A stretch of 64,000 nt of DNA from NCBI GenBank assembly GCA_903889595.1, contig CAISYI010000099.1:4311-68310 (forward strand). Direction: 5' to 3'. A program made the translations under genes and the position numbers. The notes beneath the pieces are model-generated. The model saw only the letters and a program-made list of their open reading frames with translations, ran no database searches and had not been told where the DNA came from. Positions within the stretch are counted from its first letter, which is position 1. Each line of letters starts with the position of its first letter. Source of the DNA: an uncultured beta proteobacterium. GTDB lineage: Bacteria > Pseudomonadota > Gammaproteobacteria > Burkholderiales > Burkholderiaceae. Shown here one piece after another: positions 22,972 through 34,457 of the stretch.

Positions 22972-23451
22972 ATGACAAATAGCTATACCAACTCCCAAAG
23001 AGTTTTTGTTTGCTTGACTGGGATATGGGTGGGATTGATGATGGCAGTTGGTTTATTAGTTCCAATGACAATTTTTAGTTATTTGACTGACAAACAAGTC
23101 GCTGGAATGGTTGCAGGTCAAATTTTTAAAAATGCTGGCATTATCAGTATTATTTTTGGTATGAGCTTACTGTTGTTTGCAAATACTTTAGTACGGCGAG
23201 AACTAAAGCAATTTAAGCTGATCCGTTGGTACTTACTTGGGACTATTGTATTAAGTCTGATCGGTAACTTCATCATCCAACCTTGGATGGTTGCCCTCCG
23301 CGAAAATACTCTTTCTGAGGGCTTCCCAGTTCTGCTTTCGAGCAAAGCGCAACTTTTTCAAACATTACACGGAGTTTCTAGCAGTATTTTTTTAGTAGAA
23401 CTAATTTTACTGATTTTGGTTTTTTGGAGATCTACTAAGATTGAACACTAG
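22972..23451 (+). CDS. DUF4149 membrane protein
   Basis: Four hydrophobic segments, AGMVAGQIF, FQTLHGVSS; usual position after greA in Burkholderiales. Confidence 0.75.
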   Translation: MTNSYTNSQRVFVCLTGIWVGLMMAVGLLVPMTIFSYLTDKQVAGMVAGQIFKNAGIISIIFGMSLLLFANTLVRRELKQFKLIRWYLLGTIVLSLIGNFIIQPWMVALRENTLSEGFPVLLSSKAQLFQTLHGVSSSIFLVELILLILVFWRSTKIEH

Positions 23452-23537
23452 TATTCTAGTATTTAATTAACTGAACTACTCGGTATTAGATTACCAGATT
23501 TCTTGGGCATTTCTAGCTACTCCATTCAGTCAACTAA

Positions 23538-24047
23538 TTAACCCAAGGTTCTCTTTTTGATACTAGGTTGTCTGGCTTTTGCTCTTTTTAACTGTCCACC
23601 GGCCGCCACTCTCTCGTTACCAAGAACTCTTGTTGCAACTGGTTTAGGTCTTTTTTGAGGGTTTCTAGTGTATTTCTTTACCATTACTGTTCGAGGTGCG
23701 CCAAAGCCTTCATCGTTTCTTTTATGGTTTGATGATTTACTTTGAAGGTTCTTTAGTTCTTCATTTGTCAGCGTTTGTTGACGATAAATAACTAATAACT
23801 TTCCAATATGTTGTACCTGCGCAGCGTTTAATTGATCGCAGATTTGATCATAAATTGCCAATCTAGCCTCACGATCATCGCCAAGAACCCTAATTTTGAT
23901 GAGTTGATGGGAGTTTAAAGCGTGGTCAGCTTCTTTGATCACCGCTGGCGTTAAGCCATCAGCGCCAATCATTACGGTAGGGGAAAGTGAATGGGCCTGA
24001 GAACGGAGGTCAGAACGAACGGAAGAATCAATTTCTAAAATAGTCAT
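23538..24047 (-). CDS. yhbY: YhbY/CRM RNA-binding protein with basic C-terminal tail
   Basis: LRSQAHSLSP, IGADGLT, HQLIKIRV, VQHIGKLLVIYR. Confidence 0.9.
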   Translation of the reverse strand: MTILEIDSSVRSDLRSQAHSLSPTVMIGADGLTPAVIKEADHALNSHQLIKIRVLGDDREARLAIYDQICDQLNAAQVQHIGKLLVIYRQQTLTNEELKNLQSKSSNHKRNDEGFGAPRTVMVKKYTRNPQKRPKPVATRVLGNERVAAGGQLKRAKARQPSIKKRTLG

Positions 24048-24104
24048 AGAGGTGTATTATCTCTCACTTAACCCAACACTTAAAGCCTTTTTTTAGTTTT
24101 TATC

Positions 24105-24785
24105 ATGTCGAAGAATAAATTTAACAAAGACTGGTTGCAAGACCACCTCAATGACCCTTATGTGAAAATGGCACAAAGAGAGGGCTATCGCGCACGTGCA
24201 GCCTTTAAATTGAAAGAAATTGATGAGCAAGACCATTTAATAAAAGCTGGTATGGTGATTGTTGATTTGGGAAGTGCGCCGGGTAGTTGGAGCCAATACG
24301 CAAGAAATAGATTAGTAGAATTAGGTAAAAAGAATTCCGATATTCTAGATGGAAAACCAGATGGGACAGTGATAGCGATTGATCTATTACCAATGGAACC
24401 GGTCGCAGATGTTTTATTCATTCAAGGCGATTTTCGTGAGGATAGCGTATTTCAGCAGGTTGAACTAGCTCTTCCTGGAGGAGCACAGACTGATATCCGT
24501 AGGGTAAATTTGGTTTTGTCAGATATGGCTCCAAACCTATCTGGAGTTGCTGTTGCTGATTCTGCCCGAATGGGCCACTTAGCCGAATTGGCTTTAGAGT
24601 TTTCTCAAAAACATTTAACCCCTGAGGGTGCTTTATTGATTAAATGTTTCCATGGGAGTGGCTACAGTCAAATCGTCGAATCATTTAAAAAAGTCTTTAA
24701 GGTAGTCGCCCCACGCAAACCGAAAGCTTCAAGGGATCGATCAGCAGAAACCTTTCTGTTAGGAAGGTTTTTAAAAGCCGACTAA
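24105..24785 (+). CDS. rlmE: 23S rRNA Um2552 methyltransferase
   Basis: [29 protein letters not shown]. Confidence 0.95.
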   Translation: MSKNKFNKDWLQDHLNDPYVKMAQREGYRARAAFKLKEIDEQDHLIKAGMVIVDLGSAPGSWSQYARNRLVELGKKNSDILDGKPDGTVIAIDLLPMEPVADVLFIQGDFREDSVFQQVELALPGGAQTDIRRVNLVLSDMAPNLSGVAVADSARMGHLAELALEFSQKHLTPEGALLIKCFHGSGYSQIVESFKKVFKVVAPRKPKASRDRSAETFLLGRFLKAD

Positions 24786-24931
24786 AGTATTTAATAAGTG
24801 GCTGAATTTATTGACCTATAGAGAAAATAGGGCAAAAATAGTAAAATAAATATTTATTAAGCACTTGAAAATGAAGGATAGTAGAATTACTTATAAGGTG
24901 AGAAACCTTACTTTTATCCATTGGAGTTATT

Positions 24932-26827
24932 TTGAATAATCAAATGATGCAAAAAGTCGGCATTTGGCTGATTGTTGCTTTAGTAGTATTTACATTCTTT
25001 AAACAGTTTGACAAACCTCGTGCGCAGGATCAGTTGACCTACTCGCAGTTCATGGAAGACGCTAAAGTTGGTAAAATCAAGCGCGTTGACGTGCAAGGGC
25101 GAACATTGCAAGTTACCGGTTCTGACGGTAATAAATACAACATTATTTCACCTGGTGATATTTGGATGGTCGGCGACCTGATGAAGTTTGGTGTGCAAGT
25201 AACTGGTAAAGCAGAAGATGAGCCAAGTGTTTTTGTCTCAGCGCTCTATTATCTAGGACCCACTTTACTCATTATTGGGTTTTGGTTCTTCATGATGCGA
25301 CAAATGCAAGGCGGCGGTAAAGGCGGTGCATTCTCATTCGGTAAATCCAAAGCACGTTTAATTGACGAAAACAGTAATCCCATAAATTTCACAGATGTGG
25401 CAGGTTGTGATGAGGCCAAGGGTGAAGTTGCAGAGTTAGTTGACTTCCTCAAGGATCCTACAAAGTTTCAAAAACTTGGTGGTCGTATTCCTCGTGGTGT
25501 TTTATTAGTTGGCCCTCCTGGAACGGGTAAGACTTTATTGGCCCGAGCTATTGCTGGAGAAGCAAAGGTTCCATTTTTTGCTATTTCTGGCTCTGACTTT
25601 GTGGAAATGTTCGTTGGAGTAGGTGCAGCAAGAGTTCGAGACATGTTTGAAAATGCTAAGAAACAATCACCATGCATCATTTTTATTGATGAGATTGATG
25701 CAGTAGGTCGTCACCGTGGTGCAGGTACGGGCGGTGGTAACGATGAGCGTGAACAAACATTGAATCAAATGTTAGTCGAGATGGATGGCTTTGAAGCGAA
25801 TAGTGGAGTTATCGTTATTGCAGCTACAAACAGGTCAGATGTTTTAGACAAAGCTTTACTCCGTCCTGGACGTTTTGATCGTCAAGTTTATGTTGGATTA
25901 CCAGATATTCGTGGTCGTGAGCAGATTTTAAAAGTCCACATGCGTAAGGTTCCAATTGATGCGGATGTAGATGCAGCTATTTTGGCTCGTGGTACCCCGG
26001 GATTCTCAGGTGCTGATCTTGCAAACTTAGTGAATGAAGCTGCATTATTTGCTGCTAGAAGAAACAAGCGCGCTGTAGAAATGTCTGATTTTGAAGATGC
26101 TAAAGATAAAATCTACATGGGACCTGAGCGTAAATCTGCTGTAATGAGAGAAGATGAACGACGTAATACGGCTTACCATGAGTCGGGTCATGCAGTGGTT
26201 GCAAAGCTATTGCCGAAGGCTGATCCTGTCCATAAGGTTACTATTATGCCCCGTGGAATGGCACTTGGCGTAACGTGGCAATTGCCTGAATTTGACCGCG
26301 TGAACTTATATAAAGATCGAATGCTAGAAGACTTGGCGATTTTATTTGGTGGTCGTGCAGCAGAAGAGGTGTTTCTGAACTCAATGAGCACTGGCGCATC
26401 AAATGATTTCGAGAGAGCTACTAAATTAGCTAGAGATATGGTGACACGTTACGGTATGAGTGAGTCATTGGGAACCATGGTTTATGTTGATACCGAGTCT
26501 GATAGTGTCTTTGGTCGGATGAATTCCAAAACAGTCTCAGAAGTTACTCAACAAAAAGTAGATGCCGAAATCCGTTCTTTATTAGATCAGCAATATGCTC
26601 TTGCAAAGAGCCTTTTGGAAAATAATAAAGATAAAGTTGAAGCCATGGTTGTAGCTTTACTGGAATGGGAAACAATCGATGCCGATCAAGTAAACGACAT
26701 CATGGGCGGTATTTCTCCTCGTCCGCCAAAACCAAGTGAAGATGTTAAAACTACAACTAGTTCAACTAACGGTGACGGTGGTAACACTCCAAATACTGCT
26801 AAAGGTAGTTCACCTGCAACGATTTAA
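24932..26827 (+). CDS. ftsH: ATP-dependent zinc metalloprotease FtsH (TTG start)
   Basis: GPPGTGKT Walker [14 protein letters not shown] zinc motif. Confidence 0.98.
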   Translation: MNNQMMQKVGIWLIVALVVFTFFKQFDKPRAQDQLTYSQFMEDAKVGKIKRVDVQGRTLQVTGSDGNKYNIISPGDIWMVGDLMKFGVQVTGKAEDEPSVFVSALYYLGPTLLIIGFWFFMMRQMQGGGKGGAFSFGKSKARLIDENSNPINFTDVAGCDEAKGEVAELVDFLKDPTKFQKLGGRIPRGVLLVGPPGTGKTLLARAIAGEAKVPFFAISGSDFVEMFVGVGAARVRDMFENAKKQSPCIIFIDEIDAVGRHRGAGTGGGNDEREQTLNQMLVEMDGFEANSGVIVIAATNRSDVLDKALLRPGRFDRQVYVGLPDIRGREQILKVHMRKVPIDADVDAAILARGTPGFSGADLANLVNEAALFAARRNKRAVEMSDFEDAKDKIYMGPERKSAVMREDERRNTAYHESGHAVVAKLLPKADPVHKVTIMPRGMALGVTWQLPEFDRVNLYKDRMLEDLAILFGGRAAEEVFLNSMSTGASNDFERATKLARDMVTRYGMSESLGTMVYVDTESDSVFGRMNSKTVSEVTQQKVDAEIRSLLDQQYALAKSLLENNKDKVEAMVVALLEWETIDADQVNDIMGGISPRPPKPSEDVKTTTSSTNGDGGNTPNTAKGSSPATI

Positions 26828-26838
26828 GCTAGCACCGT

Positions 26839-27726
26839 ATGGAAATAAGTAATCAAAAGCCCGCAACATGGCGTTGTGGGCGTTTTCATTTTAAGTGGCA
26901 TCAGGTTGATGATTTCCAGGAAAGTCACCCATTGCCGATTGTGATGGGGATATTAAATGTGACACCTGATTCATTTTCAGATGGAGGTAGATACTTTAGC
27001 GCAAGAAAGGCTATTGACCATGCTCATCAGATGATTGAAGATGGCGCAAAGATTATTGATATTGGTGGAGAATCATCAAAGCCTGGCGCTGAAAAAGTTT
27101 CAGAGTCTGAAGAACAAGATCGGGTTATGCCAATCATCGAGGCACTCAAGGACTCAAAAGTGGCTTTATCTTTAGATTCTTATAAAACATCTACAATGAC
27201 TCTTGCAGCTAAGGCGGGAATTGATATTTTGAATGACATTTCAGGGTTTTCAAGTCCAGGCAACCAACAAGTTGCGGTTGATAATCCTTCCTTAGGTTTA
27301 TGTGTAATGCACATGCAAAATGACCCAAAAACAATGCAAATACGTCCAAGCTACGATGATGTCATCAGAGAAGTGAATGATTTTTTTCTGCAGCGTATAA
27401 AAATTTTGGAATCTCTTGGAGTGAGTCCTGAACGAATTTGTCTTGATCCGGGTATTGGTTTTGGTAAAACCCCCTTACATAACCTACAACTCATTAATCA
27501 ATTAGGGTCCTTTGCGCATTTTGGGATGACAACCCTTATTGGAATTTCAAGAAAAAGTACTTTAGCAAAATTGATTGGATCTGATATCGAAGATAGAACT
27601 GTTGCAAGTATTACTGCAATGCTATTTAGTATCGAGCGAGGGGCTAAGGTATTGCGAGTGCATGACGTGAAAGAAAGTGTGCAGGCTATTAGGGTATGGA
27701 CCTCATTGAGTAATGAGATCATTTAA
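26839..27726 (+). CDS. folP: Dihydropteroate synthase
   Basis: MGILNVTPDSFSDGG, IDIGGES, DPGIGFGK, SRKS, LRVHDV. Confidence 0.95.
   Translation: MEISNQKPATWRCGRFHFKWHQVDDFQESHPLPIVMGILNVTPDSFSDGGRYFSARKAIDHAHQMIEDGAKIIDIGGESSKPGAEKVSESEEQDRVMPIIEALKDSKVALSLDSYKTSTMTLAAKAGIDILNDISGFSSPGNQQVAVDNPSLGLCVMHMQNDPKTMQIRPSYDDVIREVNDFFLQRIKILESLGVSPERICLDPGIGFGKTPLHNLQLINQLGSFAHFGMTTLIGISRKSTLAKLIGSDIEDRTVASITAMLFSIERGAKVLRVHDVKESVQAIRVWTSLSNEII
26855..26892 (+). terminator. Terminator-like hairpin after ftsH, inside the 5' end of the folP ORF
   Basis: GCCCGCAAC-ATGGC-GTTGTGGGC followed by GTTTTCATTTT. Confidence 0.6.
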
Positions 27727-27741
27727 CTGAAAGAAAAAATT

Positions 27742-29088
27742 ATGAAGAAAAAATACTTTGGAACTGATGGTATCCGCGGAGAGGTTGGCAAGTCTCCGAT
27801 TAGTCCTGATTTTGTGATGCAATTAGGTTACGCCGCAGGTCGTGTTTTTTCAAAATATTGGGATGGTCATGGTCGCCAAACTGTATTAATTGGTAAGGAC
27901 ACAAGAATATCTGGTTATATGTTGGAGTCTGCTTTAGAAGCCGGTTTTTGTGCCGCTGGTGTCGATGTTGTCTTATGCGGTCCAATACCAACTCCTGGCA
28001 TTGCCTATTTAACGAGAACTCTCCGTTTGTCTGCTGGTGTAGTGATTTCAGCTTCGCATAATCCTTATCAAGATAATGGTATTAAGTTCTTTACATCCTT
28101 TGGGGATAAATTGCCGGATTCAATTGAATATGAAATTGAACAGGCAATCAGTGAGCCATTAATTTGTTGTTCTTCCGATCAACTTGGTAAAGTCCGTCGC
28201 TTGGATGACGCAGCAGGAAGGTATATCGAATTTTGTAAGAGTACATTTCCAAATGATTCGGATTTATTTAATTTGAAACTGGTCGTAGATACTGCCAATG
28301 GTGCCGCCTATCATATAGCTAGACATGTATTTCATGAGCTTGGTGCTGAAGTGATACCAATTGGTAATCAACCTAATGGCATGAATATTAATGATGGGTT
28401 TGGAGCAACATCACCTCAAGCCTGCATCGATAAAGTTTTAGAAACCAAGGCTGATTTTGGTATTGCCTTAGACGGTGATGCTGATCGATTACAACTTGTT
28501 GATAAGAACGGTAATCTATTTAACGGGGATCAATTACTTTATTTGGTAGTTAAAGACCGCTTAGAAACTGGTACTAAAGTCAATGGTGTGGTTGGAACTT
28601 TAATGACTAACTTAGCAATTGAAAATGCAATTAAAGCACTAGGCGTTCCATTTGAACGAGCTGCGGTGGGTGATCGTTATGTTTTAGAGAAACTAAAAAA
28701 TAACGGTTGGCAAATTGGCGGTGAGGGTTCTGGACATTTATTGTTTTTAGACAAACATAGTACTGGTGACGGCATCGTAGCGGCGCTTCAAGTTTTATCG
28801 GCTATTTATAGAACTAAAGGTGCAATTCTTGAACGGCTTGAAGAAGTGCCACTTTATCCACAAATTTTGATAAATGTTAAATTTAATAAAGGCTATGATT
28901 TTAAATTAGATGGAAGTTTAGCCAAAGTGGTTGAAACTGCTGAAAGAGAGCTCCATGGTATCGGACGCGTATTACTTAGAGCGTCAGGGACAGAACCTGT
29001 TTTACGCGTAATGGTAGAAGCAAATGATAAGAGTGTTGCTGAAAAATATGCACAATTGATCGCACAAAGTATTCCTAAGGTTTTTTAA
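27742..29088 (+). CDS. glmM: Phosphoglucosamine mutase
   Basis: [30 protein letters not shown]. Confidence 0.97.
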   Translation: MKKKYFGTDGIRGEVGKSPISPDFVMQLGYAAGRVFSKYWDGHGRQTVLIGKDTRISGYMLESALEAGFCAAGVDVVLCGPIPTPGIAYLTRTLRLSAGVVISASHNPYQDNGIKFFTSFGDKLPDSIEYEIEQAISEPLICCSSDQLGKVRRLDDAAGRYIEFCKSTFPNDSDLFNLKLVVDTANGAAYHIARHVFHELGAEVIPIGNQPNGMNINDGFGATSPQACIDKVLETKADFGIALDGDADRLQLVDKNGNLFNGDQLLYLVVKDRLETGTKVNGVVGTLMTNLAIENAIKALGVPFERAAVGDRYVLEKLKNNGWQIGGEGSGHLLFLDKHSTGDGIVAALQVLSAIYRTKGAILERLEEVPLYPQILINVKFNKGYDFKLDGSLAKVVETAERELHGIGRVLLRASGTEPVLRVMVEANDKSVAEKYAQLIAQSIPKVF

Positions 29089-29118
29089 GGCATTGTTTTT
29101 TAAGGGATTTATTTTTTA

Positions 29119-29165
29119 ATGTGACATATTAAATTGTTGTCACATTTCCCACATATTCATCATTT
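29119..29165 (+). promoter_or_regulatory. Possible PhoB site upstream of pstS
   Basis: TTGTCAC (29137-29143) matches the CTGTCAT/C half-site; an inverted GTGACA lies upstream; the partner half-sites at 11-bp spacing are poor. Confidence 0.35.
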
Positions 29166-29207
29166 AAAGTATCAATATTATTTGACTAATTAAATCGTGA
29201 GGGAAGT

Positions 29208-30227
29208 ATGTTTAAGAAAATCACCAATGCATTACTAATTGGATCATTACTAGCCGTTTCAAGCCAAGCTTTTGCTGCTGACATTACTGGGGCAGGTGCA
29301 TCTTTTCCAGCGCCGGTTTACAGTAAATGGGCTGAAGAATATAAAAAAGAAACCAAGAATAACGTTAACTACGCTTCTATTGGTTCCTCAGGTGGTATTA
29401 AACAGATTCGTGAAAAAACCGTTGATTTCGGTGCTACTGATGCACCATTAAAAGGTGATGATTTAGAAAAAAATGGCATGATCCAGTTTCCTGCAATTAT
29501 TGGAGGAGTGGTTCCAGTAGTTAACCTAGCAGGATTTAAGCCAGGTCAATTAAGATTAGACGGCGAAACAGTCGCTTTAATTTTTGCCGGTGATATTTCT
29601 AACTGGAACGATCCTAAGTTAGCTGCCTTGAATCCAGGAGTTAAATTACCTGACCAAGCAATTACAGTTGTAACGCGTTCGGATGGATCAGGAACTACGG
29701 CAGTTTTTACAGACTATCTCTCTAAAGCAAGCAAAATGTGGGCTGACAAAGTTGGTTCTGGTGCTACAGTTAAATGGCCTGCAGTTTCAACTGTTGGTGG
29801 TAAAGGTAACGAAGGAGTTTCTGCTAACGTAACTCGCGTTAAAGGTTCTATCGGCTATGTTGAATATGCTTACGCAAAAATTAACAACATGACTTCTTTG
29901 CAACTAAAAAACTTAGATGGTAAGTTTGTAAGTGCGAGCTTAGATTCATTTAAAGCAGCTGCAGCTGGTGCAAACTGGGCGGGAACACCTGGTATGGGTA
30001 TTTCTATGACTCAACAGCCTGGCGCAAATTCATGGCCAATCGCTGCGGCTTCTTTTATCTTGATGTACAAAGATCCATCAAATAAAGAAAAGTCAGCTGA
30101 AGCAATCAAGTTTTTCACATGGGCGTTTAAAGCAGGTGATCCAATCGCTGCTGCTTTAGACTACGTTCCATTGCCTGATGCAGTTGTTGATTACATTGCA
30201 AAAAACGTTTGGTCTCAAATCAAGTAA
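29208..30227 (+). CDS. pstS: Phosphate ABC transporter binding protein
   Basis: ITGAGASFPAP, SIGSSGG, DFGATD, RSDGSGTT. Confidence 0.97.
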   Translation: MFKKITNALLIGSLLAVSSQAFAADITGAGASFPAPVYSKWAEEYKKETKNNVNYASIGSSGGIKQIREKTVDFGATDAPLKGDDLEKNGMIQFPAIIGGVVPVVNLAGFKPGQLRLDGETVALIFAGDISNWNDPKLAALNPGVKLPDQAITVVTRSDGSGTTAVFTDYLSKASKMWADKVGSGATVKWPAVSTVGGKGNEGVSANVTRVKGSIGYVEYAYAKINNMTSLQLKNLDGKFVSASLDSFKAAAAGANWAGTPGMGISMTQQPGANSWPIAAASFILMYKDPSNKEKSAEAIKFFTWAFKAGDPIAAALDYVPLPDAVVDYIAKNVWSQIK

Positions 30228-30234
30228 TTTCAAC

Positions 30235-30264
30235 AAACACCTCAATTTCGGTTGGGGTGTTTTT
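30235..30264 (+). terminator. Hairpin between pstS and pstC (terminator/mRNA stabiliser)
   Basis: AAACACCTCAA-TTTCG-GTTGGGGTGTTTTT. Confidence 0.75.
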
Positions 30265-30297
30265 CCTATTTAATGTTGAATCAACTTTGAGTTTTTT

Positions 30298-31302
30298 ATG
30301 GAAAATATGATGTCAGAAAATGATGTGAGTAAAGGGATTAAACTGTCCCCAGAAATGATTAAGATCATACGTAAGCAACGTATGCAGGATTTTATTTTCC
30401 ATAAAGTAACTTTGTCATTTGCATCTTTAGTACTAATTGTGTTGGCAGGAATTATTATTTCCCTGATTATTACCTCTTGGCCAACTTTTGCTAAATATGG
30501 ACCTGGATTCTTTTTTCGTAATGAGTGGGATGTAGTTAACTCTGAGTTTGGAGGACTCGACTCTATTTATGGAACTCTTGTTACTGCATTTATCGCTCTT
30601 TTAATTGCTGTGCCGGTTAGTTTTGGGATTTCAGTTTTCCTTACCGAAATGTGTCCGTCTTGGTTAAAAAGACCCCTTGGAACTGCCGTAGAACTGCTAG
30701 CAGCTGTTCCTTCTATTATTTATGGTATGTTCGGTTTATTTGTGTTCGCACCAGTTTTTGGGGAATACGTGCAACCCTTTTTGACCTCTACGCTTGGTCA
30801 ATTACCAGTAATTGGCCTTTTATTTAAAGGTGCACCAAATGGTATTGGTCTTTTAACAGCGGCTCTAATATTAGCGTTCATGATTATTCCGTTCATTACT
30901 TCAGTGATGCGAGATGTCTTTGAAATTGTTCCTCCAGTTTTAAAAGAGGCTGCTTATGGAATTGGTTGCACCACTTGGGAAGTAGTTACTCGGGTAGTAC
31001 TCCCCTATACACGTACTGGCGTTGTTGGCGGAGTCATGTTAGGTTTAGGTCGAGCACTTGGAGAAACGATGGCTGTTACATTCGTTATTGGTAACGCACA
31101 TCGCATTAGCCCATCACTTTTCTCTCCTGGATCATCTATCGCATCAACCCTAGCAAATGAATTTGGTGAAGCAGAGCCTGGACTTCATTACTCATCGCTT
31201 TTCGCACTAGGTTTAACTCTTTTCATTATTACCTTATTTGTTTTAGCTTTAGCCAAATGGATGTTGATTAACATGGAAAAAAATCAAGGAAGTAAGAGCT
31301 AA
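30298..31302 (+). CDS. pstC: Phosphate ABC permease PstC
   Basis: [25 protein letters not shown]. Confidence 0.95.
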   Translation: MENMMSENDVSKGIKLSPEMIKIIRKQRMQDFIFHKVTLSFASLVLIVLAGIIISLIITSWPTFAKYGPGFFFRNEWDVVNSEFGGLDSIYGTLVTAFIALLIAVPVSFGISVFLTEMCPSWLKRPLGTAVELLAAVPSIIYGMFGLFVFAPVFGEYVQPFLTSTLGQLPVIGLLFKGAPNGIGLLTAALILAFMIIPFITSVMRDVFEIVPPVLKEAAYGIGCTTWEVVTRVVLPYTRTGVVGGVMLGLGRALGETMAVTFVIGNAHRISPSLFSPGSSIASTLANEFGEAEPGLHYSSLFALGLTLFIITLFVLALAKWMLINMEKNQGSKS

Positions 31303-31305
31303 GAT

Positions 31306-32145
31306 ATGAATAATATTTACAGAACTAGAAAAATTAGTAACAGAGTTGGACTAACCCTTTCGATGGGCGCAATGTTACTTGGTATGACAGCGCTTATTTG
31401 GATTTTATTCATTCTTTTTTCTAAAGGTTTTGCCGCCTTAAGTTTAGATTTTTTCTTGAATAGTACGCCTGCTCCAGGCTCAGCTGGCGGTGGACTTTCT
31501 AATGCAATTGTTGGTAGTTTGATGATGGTTGGATTATGTACTTTTGTAAGTACGCCAATTGGAGTTCTTGCAGGTATCTTCTTAGCAGAGTATGGAGATA
31601 GAAGCAGGATAGCTAGCATCACACGTTTTGTTACGGACATCATGTTATCTGCACCATCTATTGTGATTGGTCTTTTTGTCTATGCAATTTATGTTGCTCA
31701 AGTTAAGCACTTCTCTGGTTTTGCCGGAACGCTTGCACTATCATTAATTGCTGTTCCAGTAGTTTTAAAAACAACTGAAAATATGTTAAGACTGGTACCA
31801 AGCACCTTGCGTGAAGCTGCTTATGCTTTAGGAACACCAAAGTGGAAAGTTTCATTCTCAATTATTTTACGTTCTGCAAAAAGCGGTGTTATCACAGGAA
31901 TATTATTAGCGATTGCTAGGGTTAGTGGTGAAACTGCACCGTTACTATTTACGGCTCTAAATAATCAGTTTTTCTCAGCTGATATGAGTAAGCCTATGTC
32001 GAATTTACCTGTGGTGATTTACCAATTTGCTTTAAGTCCTTATGAGAACTGGGTTAACCTTGCTTGGGGCGGAGCTTTAATTATTACTTTAACTGTTTTA
32101 GGGCTCAACGTTCTTGCCCGCGTATTTTTTAGAGAGAAATCATAA
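31306..32145 (+). CDS. pstA: Phosphate ABC permease PstA
   Basis: [32 protein letters not shown]. Confidence 0.95.
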   Translation: MNNIYRTRKISNRVGLTLSMGAMLLGMTALIWILFILFSKGFAALSLDFFLNSTPAPGSAGGGLSNAIVGSLMMVGLCTFVSTPIGVLAGIFLAEYGDRSRIASITRFVTDIMLSAPSIVIGLFVYAIYVAQVKHFSGFAGTLALSLIAVPVVLKTTENMLRLVPSTLREAAYALGTPKWKVSFSIILRSAKSGVITGILLAIARVSGETAPLLFTALNNQFFSADMSKPMSNLPVVIYQFALSPYENWVNLAWGGALIITLTVLGLNVLARVFFREKS

Positions 32146-32918
32146 TGCTAGAAACTGCAAATGTAAAAAATGCTATCGAAGTTAAAAACTTAGATTTCTA
32201 TTATGGGAAATTTAAGGGCTTAAAGTCTATCAATTTAAATATTGCTGAAAATAAAGTTACCGCGTTTATTGGGCCTTCAGGTTGTGGCAAATCCACTTTG
32301 TTAAGAACCTTTAATAGAATGTATGATTTGTATCCTGGTCAGCGTGCTGAGGGACAAATTAACCTTTATGGCGAAGATATTTTAAATCCAAAATTAGACT
32401 TAAACCTCTTAAGATCTAAGGTTGGGATGATCTTTCAAAAACCAACACCATTTCCGATGACGATTTATGACAATATCTCTTTTGGTGTTAAGTTGTATGA
32501 GAATTTGAGTAAAGCTGACATGGATGAACGTGTTGAGTGGGCTTTGAATAAAGCAGCTTTATGGAACGAAGTTAAAGATAAGCTTAATCAAAGTGGTTTG
32601 TCTTTGTCTGGTGGTCAGCAGCAACGTTTATGTATTGCTAGGGGTGTAGCAGTTAAGCCTACAGTTTTATTATTAGATGAGCCAACCTCAGCTTTAGATC
32701 CAATCTCAACAGGTAAAGTTGAAGAACTAGTTCATGAGCTAAAGAAAGATTACACAGTAGCAATTGTTACTCATAATATGCAACAGGCTGCCCGTATTTC
32801 AGACTATACTGCTTTTATGTACTTGGGTGAATTGATTGAGTTTAATGACACCAAACAAATTTTCTTAAAGCCTGATCGCGAGGAAACTGAAGATTACATT
32901 ACTGGCCGTTTTGGCTAG
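32145..32918 (+). CDS. pstB: Phosphate ABC ATPase PstB
   Basis: [35 protein letters not shown]. Confidence 0.97.
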   Translation: MLETANVKNAIEVKNLDFYYGKFKGLKSINLNIAENKVTAFIGPSGCGKSTLLRTFNRMYDLYPGQRAEGQINLYGEDILNPKLDLNLLRSKVGMIFQKPTPFPMTIYDNISFGVKLYENLSKADMDERVEWALNKAALWNEVKDKLNQSGLSLSGGQQQRLCIARGVAVKPTVLLLDEPTSALDPISTGKVEELVHELKKDYTVAIVTHNMQQAARISDYTAFMYLGELIEFNDTKQIFLKPDREETEDYITGRFG

Positions 32919-32940
32919 ATTAAAAATTTAGGGGATCAAT

Positions 32941-33645
32941 ATGCCAGACAAACATTTATCATCGCAGTTTGACGCTGATTTAAATAATATTAATGCTCAC
33001 TTACTTGAGATGGGTGGTTTGGTAGAGTCACAAGTTGCAAAAGCAATGAAAGCTTTTTCTTTAATGGATGGTGAGCTTGCTGATGAGGTCATGGATAAGG
33101 AAAAGTCTGTTAATGACTATGAAATTGCGATTGATGCTGAATGTGCAGAAATCCTAGCCCGTCGTCAGCCTACTGCAAAAGACTTAAGGCTTGTAATGGG
33201 AATTTCCAAAGCAATCTCTAATTTAGAGCGTGTTGGAGATGAAGCAGACCATATTGCTGCAAGAATAAGAAAAATTGTTGATGTAAATGCTCCTTATCAT
33301 ATCAATGTGGCTGAAATTCGTATTGCTGGTCAAATGGCATTGGGTCTTTTAAGAAGATCTCTCGATGCTTTTGCAAGAATGGATTCTAAAGCTGCTGCCC
33401 AAATTGTTGGTGATGATATTGAGATTGATAATGAATTTAGAGGCTTTGTGCGCAAACTAAACTCATATATGAGTGAAGATCCTCGCATTATTTCTACTGC
33501 ATTAGAGATTCTTTTCATAGCAAAGGCGGTAGAGAGAATTGGTGATCACGCTAAAAATATCTCAGAGTTTGTTATTTATGTTGATAAAGGTATGGATGTG
33601 AGGCATATTTCTCACGAGAAATTAATTGAAGAGGCAAATAAATAA
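32941..33645 (+). CDS. phoU: Phosphate signalling protein PhoU
   Basis: HLSSQFD, RQPTAKDLR, ERIGDHAKNISE. Confidence 0.95.
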   Translation: MPDKHLSSQFDADLNNINAHLLEMGGLVESQVAKAMKAFSLMDGELADEVMDKEKSVNDYEIAIDAECAEILARRQPTAKDLRLVMGISKAISNLERVGDEADHIAARIRKIVDVNAPYHINVAEIRIAGQMALGLLRRSLDAFARMDSKAAAQIVGDDIEIDNEFRGFVRKLNSYMSEDPRIISTALEILFIAKAVERIGDHAKNISEFVIYVDKGMDVRHISHEKLIEEANK

Positions 33646-33646
33646 A

Positions 33647-34360
33647 ATGGCTAGTAGCATTCTGATTGTTGAAGACGAACCCTCTATTGCTGAGCTGATT
33701 TCTATCAACCTTAGTCATGAAGGGTTTTTACCTGTTCGTGCTTTTCAAGCAGATCAAGCAGCAATGCTAATGAAAGAAGTCTTACCCGATTTAATCGTTT
33801 TAGATTGGATGTTGCCTGGTAAATCTGGTATTCAGTTTGCTAAAGATTTACGCAACAACGACCGAACTAAAGATATTCCAATTATATTTCTTACTGCTAG
33901 AAGTGAAGAAATGGATAAAATCGCAGGTTTAGATGCTGGAGCCGATGATTATTTAACAAAACCTTTTTCACCTAAAGAGTTAATTGCTCGAATTCGTGCT
34001 GTTTTAAGACGAAAATCACCGCAATTAACGGATGAGCTTATTGAAATCAATTCCCTCAAATTAGATCCAACAACCCATCGTGTAACGTGTCAACTAGATG
34101 AAGATACTATCAAGATTGATTTAGGCCCTACAGAATTTCGTTTATTACGTTTTTTAATGGCAAATCCTGAAAGAGTTCATGCACGAGGTCAATTACTTGA
34201 TAAAGTTTGGGGCGATCATGTTTTTGTCGAAGAACGTACTGTTGACGTACACATTAAGCGCTTGCGCGCTGCGTTAGCGCCGGTAGGTTGCGATACCATG
34301 ATTGAAACTGTTCGCGGTAGTGGTTATCGTCTAACAAGGAATCCTTCCTTAGTAGTCTAG
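33647..34360 (+). CDS. phoB: Response regulator PhoB (probable ATG 33647)
   Basis: ILIVEDE, LDWMLPG, LGPTEFRLL, ERTVDVHIKRLR. Confidence 0.95.
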   Translation: MASSILIVEDEPSIAELISINLSHEGFLPVRAFQADQAAMLMKEVLPDLIVLDWMLPGKSGIQFAKDLRNNDRTKDIPIIFLTARSEEMDKIAGLDAGADDYLTKPFSPKELIARIRAVLRRKSPQLTDELIEINSLKLDPTTHRVTCQLDEDTIKIDLGPTEFRLLRFLMANPERVHARGQLLDKVWGDHVFVEERTVDVHIKRLRAALAPVGCDTMIETVRGSGYRLTRNPSLVV

Positions 34361-34388
34361 TACTAGACTGTATTAATTTAGTACTCTT

Positions 34389-34430
34389 ATATCTATAGGT
34401 TAAGGTAAATTTAACGTATAGATATTTTTT
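34389..34430 (+). terminator. AT-rich hairpin with T-tract between phoB and phoR
   Basis: ATATCTATA-G-GTTAAG...TTTAAC-G-TATAGATAT then TTTTT. Confidence 0.4.
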
Positions 34431-34457
34431 AAATTTTAGATACTCACCAAATTTAAT

